Origin: an uncultured Gemmatimonadales bacterium
GTDB taxonomy: Bacteria; Gemmatimonadota; Gemmatimonadetes; Palauibacterales; Palauibacteraceae
Reading direction: 5' to 3'
Length of the DNA stretch: 64,000 nt
NCBI GenBank assembly: GCA_963783385.1
Contig: CAWANJ010000001.1
Coordinates: 416,001 to 480,000 of the forward strand
Shown here: positions 33,341 to 44,752 of the stretch, one piece after another
Numbering within the stretch: the stretch's first letter is position 1
Layout of the letters: each line of letters begins with the position of its first letter
The notes under the pieces: model-generated
Seen by the model: only the letters and a program-made list of their open reading frames with translations
Told to the model about the DNA's origin: nothing
The model's database searches: none
Made by a program: the position numbers and the translations under genes

Positions 33341-34269
33341 CCTCCGGCCTTGCGGGGCGTGACCGTGACGGCGGCAGGTGACGGGGTCCCCGTCGCCTGC
33401 ACCCCCTTCGGGAGCGTCACCTGCACCGGGACGCTCACCGCCCCGGCGGCCACCGAGTCGACGACCACGAAGGCCTGGACCTGCGAGCGGTCCAGGCCCC
33501 GCACCACCTCCTTGGGACCCCGGACCACCACGGCCACGGAGTCGCGGGCCAGGCTGCTGCCGCTCGCACCGGGCCCGGTCGCGCGCAGGGGCACGGTGAG
33601 GCTGGCCTCGACCAGGCTGTCGACCTCGACCGTCGCCAGGACCGTGGCGGGCTCGACCCTGAGGCCGGGGATCCCGCCCGGGGGCTCCAGCCGCAGCTCC
33701 TCGGTGACCGACTGCCCCAGGTCCTCCATCACGACCTTCTCGGTGAGCAGCGAGTCGATCGAGGCGAGGGCCGATCGCGGCCCGTGCACGGTGACGCTGT
33801 CGGGCTGCAGCCTGATGGGACGCACCACGGCGAAGCCCGAGGCGGCGGACAGGACGAGCCGTGGAGCCACGGCGACCTTCCGGGAGGTCCTGCGTTCCAG
33901 GTGGACGTCCACCTGGGATGGATGCACGGCTACCGGATCGATCTTGAGATCCCGGTCGTAGCTCACCATCGCCGGCGACAGATCCAGGGTCATGATGGGG
34001 CCGGTCACCGAATCGATCACACGGCGGATGACCGGCGGGTTCATGGGCAGGGAGAAGATGTCTCCGCCGCGACCCTGGAAGGTCGTGCGCACCCGGTCCG
34101 GCGCCTCGGTGATCACCCAGTTCGGATCCCGGACCTGGACCTCGAGGCGAGTCGGCACCGGGTGCTCCTGGCGCCGCTCGGCCGCCACGTTGAACCACAA
34201 CAGGATGGCCAGGACGAGCGCGGCCAGCTTGTACGGCCAGTTCTCGATCAGCATGCCGCGCCAGTCCAT
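33337..34269 (-). CDS. YbbR/CdaR-repeat protein
   Basis: ENWPYKLAALVLAILLWFNV anchor and three YbbR-like repeats (P..V.v.GP). Confidence 0.82.
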   Translation of the reverse strand: MDWRGMLIENWPYKLAALVLAILLWFNVAAERRQEHPVPTRLEVQVRDPNWVITEAPDRVRTTFQGRGGDIFSLPMNPPVIRRVIDSVTGPIMTLDLSPAMVSYDRDLKIDPVAVHPSQVDVHLERRTSRKVAVAPRLVLSAASGFAVVRPIRLQPDSVTVHGPRSALASIDSLLTEKVVMEDLGQSVTEELRLEPPGGIPGLRVEPATVLATVEVDSLVEASLTVPLRATGPGASGSSLARDSVAVVVRGPKEVVRGLDRSQVQAFVVVDSVAAGAVSVPVQVTLPKGVQATGTPSPAAVTVTPRKAGG

Positions 34270-34272
34270 GGC

Positions 34273-35226
34273 CTACCTCCCTCCGCCGGCGTCCGCGCCG
34301 GGCGCGGACACCGAGTCGGGCGGGGTCCGGGGTCCCGGTCCGGCCACGCGGATCGACACGCTGCCGCCGCGCCGGAGCGAGAATCCGGGCGGGGGATCCT
34401 GGGCGATCACCCGCCCCGCCGCGGCGAACGCGGCCGGGTCGTAGGTCACCTCGCCGAGCGAGAGGCCGGCGTCCCTCAGGGCGGCCGGGACGTCCTCGAC
34501 GTGCCGGCCCGACAGGTCCGGCACGCGGGCCACGGCGGGCCCCCGGCTCACCAGGACCGTGACCTGCGCCGGAAGCTGCAGGTCCTGTCCGGCGTCCGGC
34601 CGGCTTCCGACCACCTGGCCGCGCTGGATGTCCGACCGGGTGCTGTCGACCGTGGTCGTGAACCCGAGCCGCTCGAGCACGATGCGACCCTGTCGGGCGG
34701 AGAAGCCACGCAGGTCGGGCACCTTGCGGCGTTGGGGCCCGGAGCTCAGGGTCACCTGCACGGGAGCCCCCGGGCGCGCGTACTGTCCCGGCAGGGGCGT
34801 CTGCGCGATGATCGCGCCCTCCGGGGCCTTCGGGTGGGGCACCCGCGCACCCACCTCGAGCGTGAGGCCGACCTCGCCCAGGGAGCGGGTCGCCCCGTCG
34901 GTGGCCAGGCCGACCAGGTCGGGGACCCTGGCCACGTCTCCGGTCGGCCCGGTGGACCCTCCCGGGAAGATCCAGCGGGTCGCGACCAGGTAGCCGAGGG
35001 CGAACAGCCCCACGAGGAGGAGAGCGGGGAGCAGCCGACGGCGCTGCCGCGGCCCGAACCATCCGCGTCCCCCACCCCCCTGCCGCCGTCGGCCCGGGCT
35101 GGCCGGGGGCTCCGGCGGAGCGCCGGCGTCCTCCGCGCCCGCGTCCCCCTCGAGGGCCGGCTCCTCCTCCGGGGACGGCCGTCCCCGGAGGGTGCCGCCC
35201 AGACCCCTGCGCCGTCGGAACTTCAC
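34273..35226 (-). CDS. PASTA-domain membrane protein (3 PASTA, no kinase domain)
   Basis: One TM helix followed by VPDLVG, VPDLRG and VPDLSG repeats with IIAQ.P.PG motifs. Confidence 0.88.
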   Translation of the reverse strand: MKFRRRRGLGGTLRGRPSPEEEPALEGDAGAEDAGAPPEPPASPGRRRQGGGGRGWFGPRQRRRLLPALLLVGLFALGYLVATRWIFPGGSTGPTGDVARVPDLVGLATDGATRSLGEVGLTLEVGARVPHPKAPEGAIIAQTPLPGQYARPGAPVQVTLSSGPQRRKVPDLRGFSARQGRIVLERLGFTTTVDSTRSDIQRGQVVGSRPDAGQDLQLPAQVTVLVSRGPAVARVPDLSGRHVEDVPAALRDAGLSLGEVTYDPAAFAAAGRVIAQDPPPGFSLRRGGSVSIRVAGPGPRTPPDSVSAPGADAGGGR

Positions 35227-36548
35227 CCGCCCCGCCTCCGGAGACGCGCGGCGAAGGACCCGTCCGTTCCGAATCGCCACGGGAGCACCCGCAGCTGACC
35301 GTCCGCATCGACGGCATCCGCGGGCAGGCCCGCATCGGCGGGCGCCGACTCGCGGGCGAACTCTTCGTGGCGTTCCAGAAAATCGGTCACGCGTTCCTCG
35401 TTCTCCTCCGGCTCCAGCGAGCAGGTGGCGTAGACGAGCAGTCCGCCCGGGGCGACCAGGTCGGCGCACGCTTCCATCAGGGACGCCTGCACCGCCTCCA
35501 GCGCCTCGAGGCGGGCGGGACCGATCCGCCACCTGGCATCCGGCCGCCGGCGCAGGGTGCCGGTTCCCGTGCACGGGACGTCGGCCAGCACGGTGCGCGC
35601 CGAACGCACGGCCGGCCTCCTGCCGTCCATGGCGACCGCACGCAGCGGCACGCCCGTCCGCCGGGCGGCACGGACCACGCTCCCGAGGCGGACACGGTCC
35701 ACGTCGGCCGCCACCGAGGGGCCGTCGCCGCGCGGCCGGGCCGCGGCGATCGCGACGGCCTTGCCCCCGGGAGCCGAGCACAGGTCCAGGAACACCCCTT
35801 CGCCGGGGATTCCCAGGTAGTCTACCACGGCGGACGCCGCAGGATCCTGTATCACGGCCGGCACTTTCGCCAGGATCGACGCCGGCTCCCCGCGGACCAG
35901 CCGCACGACGTGCGGCCACGGCTCCAGCGGCTCGATCTCGAGACCCTCCTCGCGGGCCCGCCGACTCGCCACGGCCACGTCGTCGGCCAGGAGACGGGCG
36001 GTGACCGGGGGAGCGCGGTTGTCGAGCTCCACCAGGCGCGCCACGTCCGACGCCGACATCCGGCCCAGCCAGCGCCGCACGAGCCATTCCGGGTGCGAAC
36101 CCCAGGTCGTCAGATGGCCGAGCGGATCGCCGTCCGGGTCCGGGAACAGGCCGGCACGATCCTCGATCCTGGCCGCCGACCGGAGCACGCCGTTCACGAA
36201 CCCGGTCGCACGCGGCCCGAGCGTGGCTCGCACACCGCGGACCGTCTCGTCCACGGCCGCGTGCGGAGGCACTCGCATCTCGCGAAGCTGATACAGCCCG
36301 AGGCGAAGCCAATCATGCACGCCGGGCTCCACCCGGGACAGGGATCGATCCGAGACGGCGGCGAGCTCGTGGTCCAGCCGCGCCCGCAGCCGGATGCACC
36401 CGAACGCCAGCTCCATGGCCAGGCCCCGGTCGAGGCCGCGCAGCGAGGCGAAGCGCCGCGCCGCCGCGTGGTCGGCGAACGCGCCCGATCGGACGTCCTC
36501 GAGGACACGATAGGCGGCGAGGCGCGCCTCGTCCGCCGTCCGGGTCAA
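35223..36548 (-). CDS. rsmB: 16S rRNA m5C967 methyltransferase RsmB/Sun
   Basis: NusB-like N-terminus (LRLGLYQL, GFVNGVLR); SHPEW, DLCSAPGGK, DVPCTGTG and YATCSLEPEENE; TTG start overlaps the thiG stop. Confidence 0.92.
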   Translation of the reverse strand: MTRTADEARLAAYRVLEDVRSGAFADHAAARRFASLRGLDRGLAMELAFGCIRLRARLDHELAAVSDRSLSRVEPGVHDWLRLGLYQLREMRVPPHAAVDETVRGVRATLGPRATGFVNGVLRSAARIEDRAGLFPDPDGDPLGHLTTWGSHPEWLVRRWLGRMSASDVARLVELDNRAPPVTARLLADDVAVASRRAREEGLEIEPLEPWPHVVRLVRGEPASILAKVPAVIQDPAASAVVDYLGIPGEGVFLDLCSAPGGKAVAIAAARPRGDGPSVAADVDRVRLGSVVRAARRTGVPLRAVAMDGRRPAVRSARTVLADVPCTGTGTLRRRPDARWRIGPARLEALEAVQASLMEACADLVAPGGLLVYATCSLEPEENEERVTDFLERHEEFARESAPADAGLPADAVDADGQLRVLPWRFGTDGSFAARLRRRGG

Positions 36549-37366
36549 GCCAGCATGCCCCCGGTGGGACTCGATGGCACGGCCCACTCGCGGCGCGGCA
36601 TGCGGCCGGCCAGGTAGGCCATGCGGCCCGCCTCCACGGCCCGTCGCATGGCGGCCGCCATGAGGGCCGGCCGCTGCGCGGCGGCCAGCGCCGTGTTCAT
36701 GAGCACGCCGTCGACCCCCTGCTCCATGGTGACGCACGCGTCGGACGCCGTGCCCACGCCGGCGTCCACGATCACCGGCACGTCGAGGCGGCGCTTGAGG
36801 ATGCGGATCGTGACCGGGTTGAGCAGGCCGAGGCCGCTCCCGATCGGCGAGGCGAGGGGCATGACGGCCGCCACGCCCGCCTCCTGGAGCTTGAGGGCGG
36901 TGACCAGGTCGTCGTTCGTGTACGCGAGGACCGTGAAGCCCTCCTCGACGAGGGCCCGGGCGGCGACCAGGAGCTGCTCAACGTCCGGGAACAGCGTCTC
37001 CTTGTCGCCGATGACCTCGAGCTTGACCCAGTCGTGGAGCCCGGCCTCGCGGCCCAGCCTCGCATAGCGGATCGCGTCCTCGGCATCATAGCAGCCGGCC
37101 GTGTTGGGGAGCAGGAAGAACTCCTCCGGGTCCAGGTGATGGAGGAGGCTCTCTCGCTTCGAGGCGTCCAGGTCCACCCGGCGGACGGCGACCGTGACGA
37201 TCTCCGTGCCCGACGCGCGCAGCGCCTGTACCATCGTCTCGGGCGCGTCGTACTTCCCCGTTCCGACGATGAGACGCGACCGGAAGGACCTGCCCGCGAT
37301 CGTGAGCGGCTCGTCGAGCCGCGCCAGCGCCTCGGAGCCGGGATCCTGCTGCAGTACGGTGCTCAT
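36545..37366 (-). CDS. thiG: Thiazole synthase
   Basis: SRLIVGTGKY, LPNTAGC, WVKLEVI, MPLASPIGSGLG and VDAGVG. Confidence 0.96.
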   Translation of the reverse strand: MSTVLQQDPGSEALARLDEPLTIAGRSFRSRLIVGTGKYDAPETMVQALRASGTEIVTVAVRRVDLDASKRESLLHHLDPEEFFLLPNTAGCYDAEDAIRYARLGREAGLHDWVKLEVIGDKETLFPDVEQLLVAARALVEEGFTVLAYTNDDLVTALKLQEAGVAAVMPLASPIGSGLGLLNPVTIRILKRRLDVPVIVDAGVGTASDACVTMEQGVDGVLMNTALAAAQRPALMAAAMRRAVEAGRMAYLAGRMPRREWAVPSSPTGGMLA

Positions 37367-37404
37367 CTATGTCTCTCCTCGCTCGATACGGAAGTCGAAT
37401 CCGC

Positions 37405-37620
37405 TCAGCCGCCTCCGACGAAGCGGACGATCTCCACCCGGTCGCCCGCACCCACCCGGACGTCGTCCAGGTCGGCGCGCCGCACGACCCGCCGGTTGAG
37501 CTCGACGACCACCGCGCGCCGGTCCACGTCCAGCCGCTCCAGCAGTCCGGCCACGGACAGCCCATCGGGGACCCGGCGGGACTCGCCGTTGACCTCGATC
37601 TCGATGCCGGCTTCGTTCAC
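37405..37620 (-). CDS. thiS: Sulfur carrier protein ThiS
   Basis: IEVNGE...VVVELN...GDRVEIVRFVGGG with C-terminal GG. Confidence 0.93.
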   Translation of the reverse strand: MNEAGIEIEVNGESRRVPDGLSVAGLLERLDVDRRAVVVELNRRVVRRADLDDVRVGAGDRVEIVRFVGGG

Positions 37621-38243
37621 CTCGCTTCCCCCGGTTCCAGAGCGCGCGCCAGAGCGACCGCCGCCTCCACCGGCGAGGTCGCGGACCACACGGCCCGGAC
37701 CACGGCGATCCCGGAGGCGCCGGCCCTCACCACGTGGGGAACGCGCCACAGATCGATCCCGCCGATGGCCACGATGGGGAGGTCGACCGCGCGGCAGGCG
37801 GCGATGCGATCGCCGCCTCCGGGCTCCACGTCGCGGTGGGAGGGCGTCGCGAAGATCGTACCCAGGACGAGGTAGTTCGCTCCGTCCCGGGCCGCCGCCC
37901 GCGCCTCCTCCGGTCCGTGCACCGAGGCGCCGATCGCCAGGCGGCCGGCCGCCACGGTCACGGCTTCCCGCACCGGGAGGGCTCGCGACCCGAGCTGCGC
38001 GGCGTGCGCCCCCGCCGCCAGCGCCACATCGAGCCGCTCGTTGACCACCACCCAGCCGCCGTGGCGGCGCGCCGCCTGCGCCAGCCGTTCGGTGAGCCCG
38101 TACACATCCCGTCCCGTCGCGCCCGGTAGCCTCAGGTGGAGGGCCAGCGCCGGTCCGCAGCGCTCGCGCATCCGGGCCGCGGTCCGGGCGAAGTCGGCGC
38201 GTGCGGCGACCGCGGGCGTGATGAGCACGTGCAGGGGAGGCAT
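37617..38243 (-). CDS. Thiamine-phosphate synthase / TenI family protein
   Basis: TMP-TENI barrel motifs (VVVNER.DVA, IGASVH, IVAIGGI, GASGIAVV); several ThiE catalytic residues are altered. Confidence 0.8.
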   Translation of the reverse strand: MPPLHVLITPAVAARADFARTAARMRERCGPALALHLRLPGATGRDVYGLTERLAQAARRHGGWVVVNERLDVALAAGAHAAQLGSRALPVREAVTVAAGRLAIGASVHGPEEARAAARDGANYLVLGTIFATPSHRDVEPGGGDRIAACRAVDLPIVAIGGIDLWRVPHVVRAGASGIAVVRAVWSATSPVEAAVALARALEPGEAR

Positions 38244-38263
38244 CCGGCGCCCCTCCCGGGCGC

Positions 38264-39268
38264 TCACACGAAGCGCTGGCCCGGCCGGGCCCCGCGCCCG
38301 CGCACCCATGCCCCGGCGCCCATCCGCCGGCCGCCGGCGGGCTTGACCTCGCCGATCTCGACCGCGCCGGACCCGGCGGCCACGAGCAGCACGCCTCGCG
38401 GGTCCGCCACCAGGACCGTGCCCGGGCCGGGCGCGGGCCCCGCGCCGGACGTCCCGGCCGGCCCGCCCTCCACGAACGCATCCGTCCTCGGCCGCGGCCG
38501 GAACAGCTGCACGGCCAGCGGCCCGGCATCGGATCCCGCCCCGGCCTCGAGCAGGCTCCAGGCCGCCGGCCACGGGTCGCAGCCCCGGATCCAGCGCCCG
38601 ACGTCTTCGGCGGACAGGGACCAGTCGATCCGGACCGTCTCCCGGTCCAGCTTGGGCGCGTACGTGGCGTGCCCGTGATCCTGCTCGCGGGCCTCCACCG
38701 TTCCCTCCTCCAGTCCGTCGAGCACGTCGATCAGCAGCGCCGCCCCCAGCTCCGAGAGGGTCCCGAACAGCTTGCCGGCCGTGGTCTCGGGTTCCAGCGG
38801 AACGGCCTCCTGGGCCAGGATCGGACCCGCGTCCAGCTCGCGGACCAGGCGGATGATCGTCACGCCACTCTCCCGGTGTCCGCGGATGACGGCCCAGTTG
38901 ATCGGGGCGGCGCCCCGGAGCTCGGGGAGCAGGGAGGCGTGTACGTTGATGGTGCCACGCGGCGGCGCCTCGAGCACCGGCTCGGTGAGGATCTCCCCGT
39001 AGGCCGCCACGACCGAGATGTCGGCCTCCAGCGCCGCCATCAGGTCCATGAACTCGTCGCCGCGGGGCTTCTCGGGCTGGAGGAGGGGGAGGTCCGCGGA
39101 CACGGCAGCCTCCTTGACGGGAGTGGCGCGGAGGGATCGACCGCGGCCGGCCGGGCGGTCCGGCCGGGTGACCACGCCGGCGACCGTGTGCCCGGAGCCG
39201 AGAAGGGCCCGGAGGGACGGCAGCGCATAATCCGAGGTGCCCCAGAACAGGACGCGCATGCCCGTCAC
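38264..39268 (-). CDS. fmt: Methionyl-tRNA formyltransferase
   Basis: VVTRPDRPAGRG, INVHASLLP.LRGAAPI, LDAGPI and TYAPKL. Confidence 0.95.
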   Translation of the reverse strand: MTGMRVLFWGTSDYALPSLRALLGSGHTVAGVVTRPDRPAGRGRSLRATPVKEAAVSADLPLLQPEKPRGDEFMDLMAALEADISVVAAYGEILTEPVLEAPPRGTINVHASLLPELRGAAPINWAVIRGHRESGVTIIRLVRELDAGPILAQEAVPLEPETTAGKLFGTLSELGAALLIDVLDGLEEGTVEAREQDHGHATYAPKLDRETVRIDWSLSAEDVGRWIRGCDPWPAAWSLLEAGAGSDAGPLAVQLFRPRPRTDAFVEGGPAGTSGAGPAPGPGTVLVADPRGVLLVAAGSGAVEIGEVKPAGGRRMGAGAWVRGRGARPGQRFV

Positions 39269-39290
39269 GCCCTGGCGCCGCCCGGGACCG

Positions 39291-39812
39291 TCAGGACCGG
39301 CCCGCGCCGACCTCGCCGCTCTCCTCCCGCTTGGCCCACTTGTCCAGGAGAAGCTTGCGCTTGAGGGGGCTCAGGTGATCCAGGAAGAGCACGCCGTTCA
39401 GGTGGTCGAGCTCGTGCTGCAGGCAGCGGCTCAGCATGCCCCCGGCCTCGATCCGGACCGGCTCGCCATCCGGGTCCAGGCCCGTGATCACGATGCTCTC
39501 GGCCCGCTCGACGATGTCGGCCAGGCCGGGGATGCTCAGGCAGCCCTCCTCGCCCTTGGAGGAGCCGCTCCGCGACTCGATGCGGGGGTTCACGAGGGCG
39601 CCGGACGATTGCTCCTCGTCGCGGACGTCGTACACGAACACGCGCAGAGGGATGCCCACCTGGGGCGCCGCCAATCCCACGCCGTCGGCGGCGTACATCG
39701 TGTCCCGCATGTCGCGGATGAGGGCGCGGAGCTCCCGGTCCACCGCCTCGACGGGATCGCACTCCCGCCGGAGGATCGGATCGCCGAGGGTCCGAATGTC
39801 CAGCACGCTCAT
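39291..39812 (-). CDS. def: Peptide deformylase
   Basis: GVGLAAPQ, EGCLS and QHELDH motifs. Confidence 0.96.
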   Translation of the reverse strand: MSVLDIRTLGDPILRRECDPVEAVDRELRALIRDMRDTMYAADGVGLAAPQVGIPLRVFVYDVRDEEQSSGALVNPRIESRSGSSKGEEGCLSIPGLADIVERAESIVITGLDPDGEPVRIEAGGMLSRCLQHELDHLNGVLFLDHLSPLKRKLLLDKWAKREESGEVGAGRS

Positions 39813-39837
39813 CGCTCTCCCGTGGTGCGACTGCCGC

Positions 39838-40149
39838 TCACTCGCCGAGCTTGCGGCCCACCTTGCCGCGCTCGACCTCGAGCCGCGTGTCGTCCCCTGT
39901 CTTGATCGTCACCCGATCGTCCTCGACGTGGATGATACGGCCGATGATGCCGCCCAGGGTGACCACTTCGTCCCCCTTCTCGAGCCCGGCGACCATCTCC
40001 TCGTGCTCCTTCTGCTGCTTACGCTGCGGCCGGATCAGGAGGAAGTAGAAGATCGCGAAGATCGCGGCGAACATGATCAGCGTTCCCCACGGGCTCGCGC
40101 CGCCTCCCTGGGGGCTGGCCATCAGTGCGGGCAGGATGTGGGGCGTCAC
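39838..40149 (-). CDS. yajC: Preprotein translocase subunit YajC
   Basis: FYFLLIRPQRKQQK and KGDEVVTLGGIIG. Confidence 0.95.
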   Translation of the reverse strand: MTPHILPALMASPQGGGASPWGTLIMFAAIFAIFYFLLIRPQRKQQKEHEEMVAGLEKGDEVVTLGGIIGRIIHVEDDRVTIKTGDDTRLEVERGKVGRKLGE

Positions 40150-40185
40150 GCTGTCCTTCCTTGGCTCGTGTGGGACCGGATTCGG

Positions 40186-40211
40186 ATACCGGGGCTCTTC
40201 AGCGATGTTCC
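40186..40211 (-). promoter_or_regulatory. Putative ECF promoter GGAAC-N17-GTAT upstream of yajC
   Basis: Minus strand reads GGAAC atcgctgaagagccccg GTAT, 36 nt upstream of the yajC start. Confidence 0.45.
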
Positions 40212-40267
40212 CGATCGACGGGGCCTTCGGGACGATCCACCGACGCGACCGGGGTGGGCGGCCAGCC

Positions 40268-42617
<2,350 letters not shown>

Positions 42618-42621
<4 letters not shown>

Positions 42622-43667
42622 GCTTCCGGGTCGAACAGGGAGGACTGCCCGCCCCCCTGGCCGCCCTCGGGGAGCCGGTAACCGAAGCGGCGGTAGGCCT
42701 TGGCGGTCGCCACCCGGCCCCGGCTGGTCCGCTGCACGTAGCCGTTCTGGATGAGGTAGGGCTCGTAGACCTCCTCCAGCGTTCCCGCGTCCTCTCCCAC
42801 GGCCACCGCCAGGGATTCGACCCCCACCGGACCGCCCTCGAAGCTCTCGATGATGGCCCGAACCACGCGCGTGTCCATCTCGTCCAGTCCATACTCGTCC
42901 ACGTTGAGCATGTCGAGGCCGCGGCGTGCCGTGTCGACGTCGACCGTGCCGTCCGCCTCGACCTCGGCGTAGTCGCGCACGCGGCGCAGGATGCGGTTGG
43001 CGATCCGCGGGGTCCCGCGCGAGCGCCGCGCGATCTCGGCCGCTCCCTCGGCCGAGGCCGGCACCCCCAGGATGCGGGCCGAGCGCTCGACGATGGAGCG
43101 CAGGTCCTCCTCCGGGTAGAAGCCGAGACGCTCGATGATCCCGAACCGGGCACGCATGGGGGCCGTGAGCAGTCCGAACCGGGTCGTCGCCCCGACGAGC
43201 GTGAAGCGCTCGATCTGCATGGAGACGGTCCTGGCGCGCGGTCCCTCTCCCAGCCGGACCTCGATGCGGAAGTCCTCCATGGCCGGGTACAGGAACTCCT
43301 CGATCACGGGCCTGAGCCGGTGAATCTCGTCGATGAAGAGGATGTCGCGCGGCTCCAGGTTGGTGAGGAGTGCGGCCAGGTCTCCCGGCTTCTCGAGCAC
43401 CGGCCCGGAGGTGAGCTTGATGTTGACGCCGAGCTCCCTCGCCAGCAGCCGCGCGAGCGTGGTCTTCCCGAGGCCCGGCGGGCCGAAGAACAGGGTGTGG
43501 TCCAGCGCCTCTCCGCGTCCGAGGGCGGCCTCCAGGTAGACCCGGAGGCTCTGCTTGACGCCCTCCTGGCCCACGAAGTCGGCCAGCCGGTCGGGACGGA
43601 GCGAGGACTCGACCCGCGCCTCGGCCCCGAGCACGTCGGGTGTGGTGATCTCGGACCGTTCGCTCAT
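42618..43667 (-). CDS. ruvB: Holliday junction branch migration helicase RuvB
   Basis: [35 protein letters not shown] and EPYLIQ. Confidence 0.97.
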
Positions 43668-43674
43668 CCCACCC

Positions 43675-44262
43675 TCACACGTGCTGCAGCGCGAGGCGCA
43701 CCAGCTCCTCCACTCCCACCTCGCGCCCATCCAGGGACCGCCGGGCGCGGTGCACGGCGTCCTCGCTGTCCCGAGCTCCGTAGCCGAGGCTGCGCAGGGC
43801 CTGCACGGCCTCCAGCGCCGCGCCCGTTCCGACCTCGGGCTCCTCCTCGGAGACCAGGTCGTCCAGCTTGTCGGCCAGCTCCACGGCGATGCGCTCGGCC
43901 GTCTTCTTGCCGACGCCGCTCACCGTGCGCAGCACGTCGTGGTCCTTGGCCCGTATGGCCCGCACGATCCGCCCCCCCGGCAGCGAGCCGAGCAGGGCCA
44001 GGGCGAGCCGGGGGCCCACGCCGCTGGCCGTCTGGAGGCGAAGGAAGAGCTCCCGGTCGCGGGCGCCCGCGAAGCCATACAGCTCCAGGGCGTCGTCCCG
44101 CACGACCAGGGCCGTGTGCAGCTCGACCTCGTCGTCCATGGGGGGCAGGCGGTCCAGCACGGTGGCGGGCACCAGCACTTCGTATCCCAGGCCCGATACG
44201 GTGAGGACCTCGACGCGGTCGGTGCCCACCGCCAGGAGCCGCCCCCGGATGCGGCGGATCAT
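43675..44262 (-). CDS. ruvA: Holliday junction branch migration protein RuvA
   Basis: GLGYEV, VREDA-like [30 protein letters not shown] and AL.SLGY. Confidence 0.95.
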   Translation of the reverse strand: MIRRIRGRLLAVGTDRVEVLTVSGLGYEVLVPATVLDRLPPMDDEVELHTALVVRDDALELYGFAGARDRELFLRLQTASGVGPRLALALLGSLPGGRIVRAIRAKDHDVLRTVSGVGKKTAERIAVELADKLDDLVSEEEPEVGTGAALEAVQALRSLGYGARDSEDAVHRARRSLDGREVGVEELVRLALQHV

Positions 44263-44266
44263 CGGC

Positions 44267-44752
44267 TCACCGGGCCAGCGGCCCCACGCCGACCATGAGA
44301 TGGCAGAGGGCCGCGGCGCAGCCGTCGGCGGCATCGGCCGGCTCGGGCGGGCTGGCCAGGCCCAGGTGCTGCTGGACCATGAACGCCACCTGGTCCTTGG
44401 CTGCGTTTCCGTTGCCGACCACGGCCTTCTTGATCGTGGCGGGCGGGTACTCGGCCACCTCCATCTCGAACAGGGCCACGGTGAGGAGGATGGCGCCGCG
44501 AGCGTGCCCGAGGACCGCGGCGGTGCGGGCGTTGCGGCCATGGAACACGTCCTCTACCGCGACGCAGGTCGGCCGGAGCCGCTCCAGCACCTCCTGCAGG
44601 CCCCGATGGATCTGTACGAGTCGGTCGGGGAGGGGGGTGTCCGCATCGGCACGCAGCACGCCGCATTCCTCGAGGGTGAAGCCTCCCCCGGCCCGGGCGA
44701 CCAGCCCGTAGCCCGTGACGTGGCTGCCGGGATCGATCCCGAGGACTCTCAG
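44267..44752 (-). CDS. ruvC: Crossover junction endodeoxyribonuclease RuvC
   Basis: RVLGIDPGS..TGYG, VAVEDVF, LGHARG, KKAVVGNG.A.K.QV and DAADG; start uncertain (CTG 44752 or GTG 44809). Confidence 0.93.
   Translation of the reverse strand: MRVLGIDPGSHVTGYGLVARAGGGFTLEECGVLRADADTPLPDRLVQIHRGLQEVLERLRPTCVAVEDVFHGRNARTAAVLGHARGAILLTVALFEMEVAEYPPATIKKAVVGNGNAAKDQVAFMVQQHLGLASPPEPADAADGCAAALCHLMVGVGPLAR

Noticed and set aside
32198-35335. Long N-terminal extensions in the ORF track (tsaD 1045 aa, mutS 1244 aa, M16 792 aa, DUF1611 679 aa, trpS 511 aa) as fusion proteins
   Set aside because: The extensions overlap real upstream genes in other frames; the true starts sit at stop/start overlaps or where homology begins.
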